This document shows positions 18,632 through 28,018 of a stretch of 64,000 nucleotides of DNA, piece by piece. Every line of letters starts with the position of its first letter. Within the stretch, counting starts at the first letter, position 1. Position numbers and translations under genes: made by a program. Below the pieces are notes generated by a model. The model searched no databases, was not told the DNA's origin, and was given only the letters and a program-made list of their open reading frames with translations. The stretch covers positions 1 to 64,000 of the forward strand of contig JBDKUN010000039.1 of NCBI GenBank assembly GCA_039679675.1, in the 5' to 3' direction. Origin of the DNA: Armatimonadota bacterium (GTDB lineage Bacteria > Armatimonadota > UBA5829 > DTLH01).

Positions 18632-21106
18632 TCAATCATCCGACATAGACGTTCGGATCTTCTCTTTCTTTTCTCGCGGAGCAAAACCGTCTGTCGTGCC
18701 GAATTCCTTCACGCTATCGGCCATGTTTTGCAGCCTGTTGTTGACCAGGTAGTGGACGGTTCCTTCCGGGTATTGACCGCCGGACTCTCTCTCCCCGGCG
18801 GGTACCTCGGTGAGGATTTCTATCCCTTCGTCGATAGTCTTCACCGGCCAGATGCTGAACTTGCCGTCCCTCACCGCCTGGATTACTTCGTCTTTCAGCA
18901 TCAGATGTCTGACATTCTGGTGAGGGATCATTACTCCCTGCCTGCCGTTTAGGCCTTTGGCTTTGCAGACCTCGAAGAACCCTTCAATCTTCCGGTTGAC
19001 CCCTCCTATCGGCTGAATTTCACCCCTCTGGTTCACTGAACCGGTAATGGCAACCTCCTGCCTTATCGGAAGGTCTGCCAGACTCGACAGCAGCGTGTAA
19101 AGCTCGGTGCTGGATGCCGAATCTCCCTCCACCTCTTCATAGAGCTGCTCGAATGCGATAGTGGCAGACAGCACAAGCGGCCTGTCCTGGGCGTACATCC
19201 CGGTCAGGTAGCCGTTTAGGATCATTATCCCCTTGCTGTGGATTGGGCCGCCCATCTCAGTCTCACGCTGAATGTCTATTATCCCGCCGCGCCCTATCGC
19301 CGTACGGCAGGTTATCCTGGAAGGCCTTCCGAACACGTAGTCCCCGATCGAATAGATCGAAAGCCCGTTGGCCTGCCCGGTGATGGAGCCTTCGGCATCA
19401 ATCATAATCACGCCTTCCTCGATCAGCTTCTGAATCTTGTCCTCTATCATCCGGGACCTGTATTCTCTTTGTTCCAGGGCTTTCTCCACATCCCCCGCCA
19501 TCACATGTCCGTTGCCGTTTTGCCCCGCCCAATAGTTCGATTCGGAGACGATATCGGAGATATCTATGAACCTGGTGGAAATCCTGTCCTTATCCTCGAT
19601 CAATCTCGAACCGTATTCTACGATCTTCGCCACGGCGGACTTGTCGAAGTGCTTCAGCCCGTATTTATGGCACTGTTTGCTGATAAACTGCGCATACTGG
19701 TAGATGTGCGGGTCGTTCCTCTCCATCTCTATGTCGAAGTCGGCCTTCACCTTGAAGAGTTTTCGGAAATCATCGTCGAGCTGATAGAGAAGGTAGTAAA
19801 TCTGGGAGTTTCCGATCAGTATGACCTTGACATCCAGCGGAATCGGCTCAGGCTTGGGGCTCGCGGTCGGAATGATGCCATATTGCTCGGCAATATTCTC
19901 CACTTTTGCTTCTCTTGCCCTGAGAGCGCGTTTCAGGCCATCCCAGGAGAACGGGTTGATCAGCACATCAAGCGCCTGGACTATCAGATACCCTCCATTC
20001 GCCCGCTGGAGCGCTCCAGCGCGGATCAGGTTATGGTCGGTGGTAAGCATGCCGAACCTGGCACGGTATTCGACCTTACCGAGCAGATTATAGTATGTCG
20101 GGTTGTTCTCCATTACCACTGGAGCGCCTTGCGTATCTTTGTTATTTACAAAGATATTCACTTTATAGCGGTCGAATGCTGCTTCTGCGGCTTCCATAAG
20201 CCCCGGTATCTGCTGCATCTGGACCTGCCGCTTATCTGTCTGCCTGAAATCCTCAACATGCTCCACTATATCGTTCTGCACACGCTGGAGATAGTCCAGG
20301 ATGTCCTTGCATTCCGCATCGCCCTCGCAAGCCATATATTTATGCTTCAAGTCTTCCAAGAGATGGCCGACTGCGAATAGGGCGATCTCTTTATCCAGGT
20401 CGTTTACCCGCTCCTGGGCTTCTTTCTCAAGCTGCCTCATCCGGGAAACAACCTGGTTTATCGTCTGTTCGAGCTGGTTGCTCTTTTCCTTGACCTGCTC
20501 TTTTTCTTCATCGGGGAGCTTTTCGAACTCCTCCCGGCCAAGCGGCTTGCCTTCGGAAAGGGGCACTGTTACGATACCTATCGGGCTCATCTCTATCGAG
20601 AAACCGAGCGCTGCTGCCTGCTGCTGAAGCCCAGTAAATATCGCATCACGCTTCTGCTGGATTGCCTGCATCGTTTCGGCCTTCCGCTTCTCGTAATTCT
20701 CGCTCTCGAACGCCCGGGGCAGTTCGGTACGCGCGGTCGAGATCACCTGGTCCATATCATCCGCGAACTCGGTTGCACGCCCAGGCGACATTCGAATGGC
20801 GATAGGCCTCAAGGGATCGTCGAAATTATAGACATAGACCCAATCGTGTGGCACCGGTTCGTTTTTCGCGCGCTGGTTGACGAACTCCTTGACGCTCGTG
20901 TTCTTTCCTGTCCCCGTCCGGCCGGCAACGAACAGATTGAACCCGTGGGTCTCTATACCAAGCCCGAACTCGATGGATGTAATCGCCCTCTCCTGACCGA
21001 TAGTCCCTTCGAGAGGTGGTACCTCTTCAGTACTTTGGAAGTCGAACAGGTCTGGATCGAACGAATGCTTGAGTTCTTCCGGTGTAAGGGTACGATATTG
21101 AACCAT
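18632..21106 (-). CDS. Lon-family protease, LonC type (AAA domain, coiled coil, S16 domain)
   Basis: IGQERA, GTGK, GALQRANGGYL, GDSAS catalytic Ser, IGGVNRKIEGF catalytic Lys. Confidence 0.9.
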   Translation of the reverse strand: MVQYRTLTPEELKHSFDPDLFDFQSTEEVPPLEGTIGQERAITSIEFGLGIETHGFNLFVAGRTGTGKNTSVKEFVNQRAKNEPVPHDWVYVYNFDDPLRPIAIRMSPGRATEFADDMDQVISTARTELPRAFESENYEKRKAETMQAIQQKRDAIFTGLQQQAAALGFSIEMSPIGIVTVPLSEGKPLGREEFEKLPDEEKEQVKEKSNQLEQTINQVVSRMRQLEKEAQERVNDLDKEIALFAVGHLLEDLKHKYMACEGDAECKDILDYLQRVQNDIVEHVEDFRQTDKRQVQMQQIPGLMEAAEAAFDRYKVNIFVNNKDTQGAPVVMENNPTYYNLLGKVEYRARFGMLTTDHNLIRAGALQRANGGYLIVQALDVLINPFSWDGLKRALRAREAKVENIAEQYGIIPTASPKPEPIPLDVKVILIGNSQIYYLLYQLDDDFRKLFKVKADFDIEMERNDPHIYQYAQFISKQCHKYGLKHFDKSAVAKIVEYGSRLIEDKDRISTRFIDISDIVSESNYWAGQNGNGHVMAGDVEKALEQREYRSRMIEDKIQKLIEEGVIMIDAEGSITGQANGLSIYSIGDYVFGRPSRITCRTAIGRGGIIDIQRETEMGGPIHSKGIMILNGYLTGMYAQDRPLVLSATIAFEQLYEEVEGDSASSTELYTLLSSLADLPIRQEVAITGSVNQRGEIQPIGGVNRKIEGFFEVCKAKGLNGRQGVMIPHQNVRHLMLKDEVIQAVRDGKFSIWPVKTIDEGIEILTEVPAGERESGGQYPEGTVHYLVNNRLQNMADSVKEFGTTDGFAPREKKEKIRTSMSDD

Positions 21107-21269
21107 TGATCTCTCCTTAAAAAGAGTGCATCTCTGTGTTAACTTTTATGCAGCGTTTAGGTACATACCCCTTCTAATTTCATGTAGAAACTTGCGGAAA
21201 AAGGGGTTAAGGGGTTGGGAACAGGAGTTCACTTCTGCGGTATGGACTGGAAATCCCTACACTCTGTCT

Positions 21270-21974
21270 TCAATGGCGGCACACAGTCCATGCATTGTAG
21301 GTAGGCAACCAGTAGCCATCATTACGCTCCTTTATCATATTATTGTAATGCATCCACTTGGCGTGACCATCAAGATAAACTATAGTCGAGCCTTCGTAGT
21401 GAACATCATTGGGAAGATCCTCAGTCTGTGACTTTGACGGGATGAAAATACCATCATTGATGCCCACAAGGCTGCTTGAGCCAGGTATACCCCTGGCCTC
21501 CTGAATCAGGAGAAGCATTCTGGAGACTCTTCTGCATACCATGGCATCAATTTTGACCCTGCACAGCCGGTCGTTCATTGTATAGGACAGCGGGAACTGC
21601 GAAGGGTCTGAGATATATCTGCCTTTCTTGTTCCTATCGGTTGGGCATTGAAAGATATCGACGTTCTTTATATAAGGATAAATCTGTGCATTTTGAAGGT
21701 TGCATTTGGCTGTACCCGGGCCAAAACAACCGCACCAGTTGTGGTTTTCCTCTCCGTCCCAGCCTACAGCGGGCATGATACCATCGTTGTCTCCACAGTA
21801 GTTCTGGAAAGCAACAGCCAGTTGCCTCAAATTGGAAAGGCACTTTACCTGCCTGGCGTGCTCCGTGGCGCTTTGGAACACAGGGAAGAGAATTGCTGCG
21901 AGGACTGCAATGATAGCAATTACTACAAGTAGTTCAATGAGTGTAAACCCGCGTCTTTTTATTTTCATTTCCAT
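21270..21974 (-). CDS. Prepilin-type N-terminal cleavage/methylation protein (DUF1559, H-X9-DG type)
   Basis: [50 protein letters not shown]. Confidence 0.92.
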   Translation of the reverse strand: MEMKIKRRGFTLIELLVVIAIIAVLAAILFPVFQSATEHARQVKCLSNLRQLAVAFQNYCGDNDGIMPAVGWDGEENHNWCGCFGPGTAKCNLQNAQIYPYIKNVDIFQCPTDRNKKGRYISDPSQFPLSYTMNDRLCRVKIDAMVCRRVSRMLLLIQEARGIPGSSSLVGINDGIFIPSKSQTEDLPNDVHYEGSTIVYLDGHAKWMHYNNMIKERNDGYWLPTYNAWTVCRH

Positions 21975-22284
21975 CTCCGTCAGCCAATAGTAAGATAGCA
22001 GTTACTTACATGAGCTATTTATAAATCAATAGCTTGCTTGTGTCAAGCAATTATTGACGTTTATTTTGCTTTTAGAAACAAGTTTAAGCTATCTTAAGCT
22101 TACATGCCGACTTTTGCACACTTTGTCAGTATTCTTACACTAAGCAATCGCCGGAAAGCCTTCTTCCAGTGATTGAATATTCTGCATTTTATACAATCGG
22201 GATCGAACATGCCGGCCATAAAGAGACCTTACATTCAGCGAGGGGCACAGATAAAAACTTCGTAAAAATATTTTCTGAAAACTG

Positions 22285-22314
22285 TTGACAAGCGGGCATC
22301 AGCTCTGCTATATT
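22285..22314 (+). promoter_or_regulatory. sigma70 promoter for the riboswitch-wza-wzc transcript
   Basis: TTGACA-N18-TATATT with extended -10 TG. Confidence 0.65.
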
Positions 22315-22395
22315 AAGGTTGTAGGGAGCATACTTCCCTGCCTACAATTGAATATACAACTAAATACAAAACTGAATAGAAAATTTAATAGCATA

Positions 22396-22512
22396 ACCAA
22401 GCGCCGAATTTCCATTTCGGAAAACGGGGGAACCGAACAAGTGGGGCGAATCCTTATGGAGGGGCTACTTCCTACCCAGCCCGTCAGCTAACCTCGCAGG
22501 CGCGGAAGGAAG
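22396..22512 (+). ncRNA. Cyclic di-AMP (ydaO/yuaA) riboswitch aptamer
   Basis: Ordered hallmark segments GCCGAAT...ACGGGGGAACC...GGGGCGAATC...AGGG...CCCGTCAGCTAACCTCGCAGGC...GGAAG. Confidence 0.88.
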
Positions 22513-22530
22513 CTTTTTTTACAATTAAGC

Positions 22531-22566
22531 GGCCACAGCGTTTACGCTGCGGCCTTTGTTGTTTTT
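22531..22566 (+). terminator. Riboswitch expression-platform terminator
   Basis: GGCCACAGCG-TTTA-CGCTGCGGCC stem followed by TTTGTTGTTTTT. Confidence 0.75.
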
Positions 22567-22738
22567 AGTAGTCCACCGCTCATACTTCATCTTTCATAAC
22601 TCAACTCATCCATTATCTCTTTTCTCCATTCTCTTCGTTTAAGCATATAGCCACATGGGTAGATTTACTGAAGAGTAACCGGCTGTCAGGCTGCCCTCTA
22701 TTTCACCCTGCAACCGGATTGACAGGAGGTTGAGCCAC

Positions 22739-23881
22739 ATGTCCGTAAAATTCCTTATATTTCTCGCAGTAGTTGTGCTGGTTATCGGCTCAGGCTATGC
22801 ACAAGCGGTTGAGCAAAACGCCATATGCCCTGGTGACACCCTGAGAATAACCGTTCTCGGTGAACCGGACTACTCCAGGCAGGCTGTAGTCGATAACGAA
22901 GGCTGCATATCTCTTCCTCTCGCGAGCGGAATCCATGTCGCCGGTCTCTCCACGACCGAAGCGGCGGCAATTGTAGCCAAATCGCTGGGCAAATTCCTGA
23001 AAAACCCTGATGTTACAATCGAGACCGTCGAAAAAGCCCGAAGGTCCGTTACTGTCTCCGGGCAGGTCAAGACTCCCGGCGTCTATACACTCCAGAGTGG
23101 GACGCGGCTGATGGAGGTCGTAGGCCTTGCAGGAGGGTTCAGCACCACGGCTGATCTGGCCAGAGTGAGCGTCACCAGACGCGGATCGACCGAGCCGGTA
23201 ATCTGCGACCTCAACCAGTTTCTGGCAGGCACTCAAGAGGCTGCAAACATTGCGCTGGAAGACGGTGATGTCATTGTTGTACCCGAAATGAGCCCGACTG
23301 TGGGAGTCGTGTTCGTCTATGGAGCTGTGAAACAGCCGGGACAGCCTATTCAGATCAGGGAAGGTATGAGAATCAGCCATGCGATATCCTCGGCAGGCGG
23401 TGTGATCCCCGAACAGGCCGACATGCTCCACGCGGAGCTGAAACATGAGGGCCAGACTGATACCGTGCAGATAGACCTCGGCAAGGCTATGGCTAACGAT
23501 CCTTCTTCAGACCTTCCGCTTCGACCCGGCGACACGATTACGGTGCCATCGATAAAGCAGCTTGGTATGTTTACCATACTTGGCGCGGTCAATAGCTCCG
23601 GCGAGTTTCCTATCAAAGAAAATATGACTGTCGCCAAGGCTGTCGCAACAGCGGGAGTATCCGCCCGCGCGAAGATGTCAGCACTGAGACTGACTAGGAC
23701 CAACTCCGACGGCAAAACTCAGTCGATGGAGATCGATCTGAACAAAATAGCGGACGGCAAGGCGCAGGATGTCGCGGTGCAGGCCGGAGACACAATTTAT
23801 GTTCCCGAACGGGCCGAAGGAGTAGATAAGGGAAGGCTTATTACTATAGGTTTGACGATAATCGGCATTCTGCTTCACTGA
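22739..23881 (+). CDS. Polysaccharide export protein (Wza-like, multiple SLBB domains)
   Basis: PGDTLRITVLGEPD, GCISLPL poly_export motif, three V-x-G-x-V...GD-x-I-x-VP repeats; ATG 22739 fits the AGGAGG RBS. Confidence 0.88.
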   Translation: MSVKFLIFLAVVVLVIGSGYAQAVEQNAICPGDTLRITVLGEPDYSRQAVVDNEGCISLPLASGIHVAGLSTTEAAAIVAKSLGKFLKNPDVTIETVEKARRSVTVSGQVKTPGVYTLQSGTRLMEVVGLAGGFSTTADLARVSVTRRGSTEPVICDLNQFLAGTQEAANIALEDGDVIVVPEMSPTVGVVFVYGAVKQPGQPIQIREGMRISHAISSAGGVIPEQADMLHAELKHEGQTDTVQIDLGKAMANDPSSDLPLRPGDTITVPSIKQLGMFTILGAVNSSGEFPIKENMTVAKAVATAGVSARAKMSALRLTRTNSDGKTQSMEIDLNKIADGKAQDVAVQAGDTIYVPERAEGVDKGRLITIGLTIIGILLH

Positions 23882-23927
23882 CATCAAAATACGGAACTTT
23901 CACGATTATTGAGCATCCAACCAAGAG

Positions 23928-26093
23928 GTGAGAGGATTGAAATTCTGGGAATTTTACAGGATCATCTGCAAAAGAAAGGCTCTGATCGCAGCTCTCGTGG
24001 TTGCGACACTTGTTACGATTTTCGTCGCAACCGCGCAAAGGCAGCTATATTATGAGGCGATATCGCAGATCATGCCATCGGACGCGGTATTGCAGAGGCC
24101 GATCCTCTGGAGCGTGCGCGAGGATGGAGCGGGACAGGTAGCCAAGAGGGATGGCCAAGGGCAGCTTGCCAACCTTATGAGCCTCATCACCAGCAGAACC
24201 GTTGCTGAACGAACTGTAGAGATGCTCAATCTCAACACCAGCCCGGAATCACTGCAGAAGAAGATCACCGTGGGTACGGCTGCTAACCCATCCGAGAATG
24301 GCGTCACTCCGACGGACATAATTGAGATACGAGTCTCGGACAGCGACCCGGCCACTGCCGTAAGGACAACGAACGCGATTGCCATTGTTTTCGCCAACTA
24401 CTACAAAGAGATCAGCCATGAGAACGCAGAAACAAACGTCCGGTCACTGGAAGAGGAAGTCGCAAGGGCGGAAGAAGAGCTGACCAGCGCGGAGAGATCA
24501 CTTAAAAACTATAAACAGACGAAGGGGCTTGCGGCGCTGCCTGATGGAGCGCAGCTATCCCTTACCAACCTGACTGAGGTACAGCAGCAGCGGGATCAGG
24601 CCGCCGCGCAGCTCGCGGAGGCCCAGCAGCGGCTTGCCAGCATCCGGCAGCAGCTTGCCAAAGAAGCTCCGACTAAAGTCGTCGAAGAAGGCACTACTGA
24701 TTCACCGATGGTCCAACAGCTCGAGACCCAGGTGGCAACGCTTAAAGTCAGGCTGACGGAAGCGCAGGCCAAATATTACGATGTTCACCCGGTTGTACAG
24801 GACCTGAAACGGTCGCTTGCGGATGCGCAGTCAAAACTGGAATCCGAAAAGAAGAAGTTCAGGATGCGGCAGTCGATAGTAGCCAACCCTATCCGGCAGA
24901 CCCTGCTTGAGCAGAAGTCCCAGCTTGAGTCCGATGTCAGAGGGTTCTCTGCGAGGGTCAAAGAACTCGATTCCTCAGTAGCCCGCGCCAAAGGTAGCCT
25001 CTCTCCGGGTGACGATGTCAAGTTTTCAAGGCTTCAGCAGGAGTTTCTGGACGCGCAGACCCGGTATTCGGGCGTCAAAGACCGGCTGAACCAGGCAAGG
25101 CTCAGCGAGAAGGACACTAGCGAGACCGGAGCCATAAGGCTGGTGGACAAGGCCGTCGTCGCACGCGGACCGATTGGCCGCAGCAGGGTAAGTTATCTGG
25201 GAATGGGGCTTGTCCTGAGCCTGATAGTCGGCATCGGTCTGGCGCTGGTACTGGAAACACTGGACAACAGGATCAGGTCCAATGTAGATGTGGAACAACT
25301 GCTTTCTCTTCCTGTCAATGCGCTTATCCCAAGTATGACCGGCCGCAACGCTCCGGCACTGCCGAAGATCACGTATCTCGACCCGCTTTCCCCGCTCGCG
25401 GAGGCTTACAGGTTCCTGAGGACGGACCTTCTACTGACGGCGGCGGAGTCCGGCTGCCAAACAGTGATGGTGGCAACTGCAAAACCGGGACAGGGAGGCA
25501 CTACGACCATCGCCAACCTTGCCATATCGCTTGCTATGGATGGAAAAAGGGTCGTTCTGGTCGATGGAGATATGCGGCGGCCTACGCTTCACCGGATATT
25601 CAAGGCAGGCAACGACTTCGGTTTGAGCACAGTCCTTTCCGGTGAAAAGGACTTAAGCGAAGTGCTGGTAAGCACAGAAATCCAGAACCTGATACTCCTG
25701 CCTGCAGGGCCGACCCCTACGAACCCATCAGAGATGCTCGGTTCGCAGCGGATGGGCGATCTAGTGGAAACGCTCCGGCAGGGTGCGGATTTCGTGCTCT
25801 TCGATACTCCCTCGGCAATAGCGTTCACGGACACGATAGTCATGTCCAAGTGGATCGACGGTGTGCTGCTAGTGGTCCGCGCAAACCAGGTGCCGCGAGG
25901 GGCTGAACTTCAGGTACGCAAGCTGTTCAACAAGGCCAATGTGCAAATTCTTGGGGTCGTGCTGAACGATGTCCAGCCTACAAACGTGGACAGCTACTAT
26001 TATCACTCACACTACTATCCGAACGGAGGCTCTACCATACTGGCCCTGGAAGGCGGCAAGGGCGGCGCTTCGGAGAAAGAGGAAGAGAGTTAG
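23928..26093 (+). CDS. Polysaccharide co-polymerase/tyrosine autokinase (Wzc/GumC-like) with atypical Walker A
   Basis: Two TMs around a long coiled coil, EAYRFLRT, VDGDMRRP, PNPSE-like motif, VLFDTP, C-terminal YYYHSHYY cluster; start may be TTG 23937. Confidence 0.9.
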   Translation: MRGLKFWEFYRIICKRKALIAALVVATLVTIFVATAQRQLYYEAISQIMPSDAVLQRPILWSVREDGAGQVAKRDGQGQLANLMSLITSRTVAERTVEMLNLNTSPESLQKKITVGTAANPSENGVTPTDIIEIRVSDSDPATAVRTTNAIAIVFANYYKEISHENAETNVRSLEEEVARAEEELTSAERSLKNYKQTKGLAALPDGAQLSLTNLTEVQQQRDQAAAQLAEAQQRLASIRQQLAKEAPTKVVEEGTTDSPMVQQLETQVATLKVRLTEAQAKYYDVHPVVQDLKRSLADAQSKLESEKKKFRMRQSIVANPIRQTLLEQKSQLESDVRGFSARVKELDSSVARAKGSLSPGDDVKFSRLQQEFLDAQTRYSGVKDRLNQARLSEKDTSETGAIRLVDKAVVARGPIGRSRVSYLGMGLVLSLIVGIGLALVLETLDNRIRSNVDVEQLLSLPVNALIPSMTGRNAPALPKITYLDPLSPLAEAYRFLRTDLLLTAAESGCQTVMVATAKPGQGGTTTIANLAISLAMDGKRVVLVDGDMRRPTLHRIFKAGNDFGLSTVLSGEKDLSEVLVSTEIQNLILLPAGPTPTNPSEMLGSQRMGDLVETLRQGADFVLFDTPSAIAFTDTIVMSKWIDGVLLVVRANQVPRGAELQVRKLFNKANVQILGVVLNDVQPTNVDSYYYHSHYYPNGGSTILALEGGKGGASEKEEES

Positions 26094-26122
26094 CTGCTAG
26101 ACATCCACAGGCCATGAGTATA

Positions 26123-26332
26123 ATGTCATCTTGAATCACAGGATTTTCGTCCGCCTGCAGTAGACGCTTCGGCAGCTATCGCGCTTTCTTCGAAAGTGCT
26201 GTCGCGGCAGCAGCATCTATGGATTTTCGGCTATGGCCGAAAATCCTTCGGAGAGTTTCAGTGCAATTAACTGAAACTTTAGATGATGCGAGAGCAAGCA
26301 GTCCGAAGCAAAACAAATTGCTAAAGTGACAT
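26123..26332. repeat. Nested palindromic repeat cluster: element C interrupted by an insert that contains element B (26217-26282)
   Basis: Both halves of the 3135-3176 sequence flank an insert of about 115 bp containing CTATGGATTTTCGGCT..GCCGAAAATC..GAGTTTCAG..CTGAAACT. Confidence 0.75.
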
Positions 26333-26336
26333 GTGC

Positions 26337-26849
26337 TCAGGCACTTTTCAGCTGCTCTACAGCATCAGTGGACCTGCGCATCCGCATGCCTAGTTCGGCA
26401 AGCTGGCGCAGGTTCTCTACTTCCTGGTCTATATCCAGATCGTCTATCTGGCGGTTGTCCAGCGCGTTGATGATCCTTTCGGCGACCCGTATCGCACCGA
26501 GCACCAGGATCTCGTTTTCATAGTCCACATAAACATGGAACCTGCCCTTCGGATCGACTCTCCAGTTCCACTGGGTCTCACCCTTGAGGACACCGGATGG
26601 CTGGACTTTTCCTTGAAGCTCGATAATCAGGTGCTCGAATAAATGCGGTATTTCCGTGGATTGGCATTCCTTCCTGAAGGAATATCCGTTTTCATTTTCG
26701 CACTTGTGTTTTGCCAGATGCGGGAATAGCTTGAATAACAGACCTGGTATATGCGGCGCATGACGGGTGGAATATCTGTTTGGATCGGGCATTTCCACTA
26801 CCAGCTTTACCCGGTGACTGTTGTAGAACAGGATCTCTATTACCTTCAC
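26337..26849 (-). CDS. Stand-alone cyanophycin synthetase N-terminal-domain-like protein
   Basis: PHLAKHKC...EIPHLFEHLIIELQ...GET resembles the CphA N-domain (H.C...HxxEHxxxELQ); GTG at 26849 has a GAGG RBS. Confidence 0.7.
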   Translation of the reverse strand: MKVIEILFYNSHRVKLVVEMPDPNRYSTRHAPHIPGLLFKLFPHLAKHKCENENGYSFRKECQSTEIPHLFEHLIIELQGKVQPSGVLKGETQWNWRVDPKGRFHVYVDYENEILVLGAIRVAERIINALDNRQIDDLDIDQEVENLRQLAELGMRMRRSTDAVEQLKSA

Positions 26850-27175
26850 TGTGTTGCTGTACCTCGATAAAAGCAGCCGGTCTGATCTACCGGCTGAAAA
26901 ATGCGAGGGCAAATCTATAGGCTAACCGGACTATCCATGCTTCTCGTGAATAACTCCAGCCTCAAAGTCTATGGGTCAGAAGTCCTCTGAGGCCATTGTA
27001 GCACACCGAAAAAAGCATGTAAAGCATATTATGTACATTTACGAGAACGGGCGTGTAATATAGCAGGCATACTTGATACTATTGTAGCCCGTTAACTGCC
27101 AGTGTCACCATATTGTCGATAACTACCTCATCAGTAAATATGGCGGTTTATATAGCGCTGCAGGCGAACGGGAGG

Positions 27176-27544
27176 TCAAATCGAGGCTATCGCCGAAAGC
27201 GCATCATCGACACTGTCGTCAAGTGGGATTTGCGCATCAAGTTTAGTCAACCGGATAATCCGGTCGAAGATACCGTGCGCACCGACCACTCTGAGCTGCC
27301 GTTTACTCTGAGCCAAGCTCTCCTGAGCTGCCGCTATTGCAGATATGCCTGCGCTGTCGATGTATGTCAGGAGGTGAACATCGAGCACAACGTGTTTGTG
27401 TTCTTCGAGCGCGTGTCGAAGCTCCTTCGTCAAAGCCGGTACGGTCCCTATGTCGCACTCTCCGACCAGATACATCACGACAGAGCTATCGGCTTCGACA
27501 GAATCCACCGTCATTAAGTTGGAATAGTCATCTCTGGGTATCAT
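27176..27544 (-). CDS. STAS domain anti-anti-sigma factor (RsbV/SpoIIAA-like)
   Basis: GECD, LTYIDSAGI with the phospho-acceptor Ser, IIRLTKLD. Confidence 0.85.
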   Translation of the reverse strand: MIPRDDYSNLMTVDSVEADSSVVMYLVGECDIGTVPALTKELRHALEEHKHVVLDVHLLTYIDSAGISAIAAAQESLAQSKRQLRVVGAHGIFDRIIRLTKLDAQIPLDDSVDDALSAIASI

Positions 27545-27617
27545 TTCAGTTCACTTCGCTCTGATACCCGTGCGGCATGCAAGCGAAACCTTGCTTTGGC
27601 AACGTAGGCTGAAAACT

Positions 27618-27654
27618 AAAAATGGGTGGAACATTACCTGCTCCACCCATTTTT
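27618..27654. terminator. Intrinsic terminator after ferredoxin
   Basis: AAAAATGGGTGGA...TCCACCCATTTTT inverted repeat with A and T tails. Confidence 0.7.
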
Positions 27655-27664
27655 CAGAAGAAAT

Positions 27665-27853
27665 TTAGTCGGTGAGCTCGATCACGACTACCGGGCAGGA
27701 ATCGGCTGCTTCACGAGCTTTGGCCTCAGCGCCTGCGGGTACGGTATCGACGATCACGTGAGCCAGTCCATCGTCTCCGATCTCAAAGACTTCCGGGCAG
27801 GTATCCGCACAAATGCCGTCGCCGATGCATCCATCATTGATTATTGCCTTCAT
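27665..27853 (-). CDS. Single-cluster ferredoxin
   Basis: CIGDGICADTCPEVF...SCP motif; GGAGG RBS. Confidence 0.9.
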   Translation of the reverse strand: MKAIINDGCIGDGICADTCPEVFEIGDDGLAHVIVDTVPAGAEAKAREAADSCPVVVIELTD

Positions 27854-28018
27854 TATATTCCTCCGTTTATTGCTGCATATAATCCAGCTATTTTACACAA
27901 AGCGACATCCATTATAGGCTAAATAGGCGTCCCAGGGCAAGATATATGCGGAATTCTTGGGAATAATGAGGTAACGGCAGCCAGGCGGATTTCAGAGTAT
28001 TCAGGAGGACTGATTCTA

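Noticed and set aside
19238..20380. 380-aa ORF antisense to the Lon-like gene, and many similar shadow ORFs
   Set aside because: They overlap well-supported genes on the other strand or frame and have no motifs.
18632..21106. Degenerate Walker B in the Lon-like protease as a novelty
   Set aside because: This is an established property of LonC-type proteases.
27560..27612. Possible c-di-GMP-I riboswitch upstream of the STAS gene
   Set aside because: Only a small hairpin is present, without the GGCAAA and GCAAA conserved segments on the sense strand.
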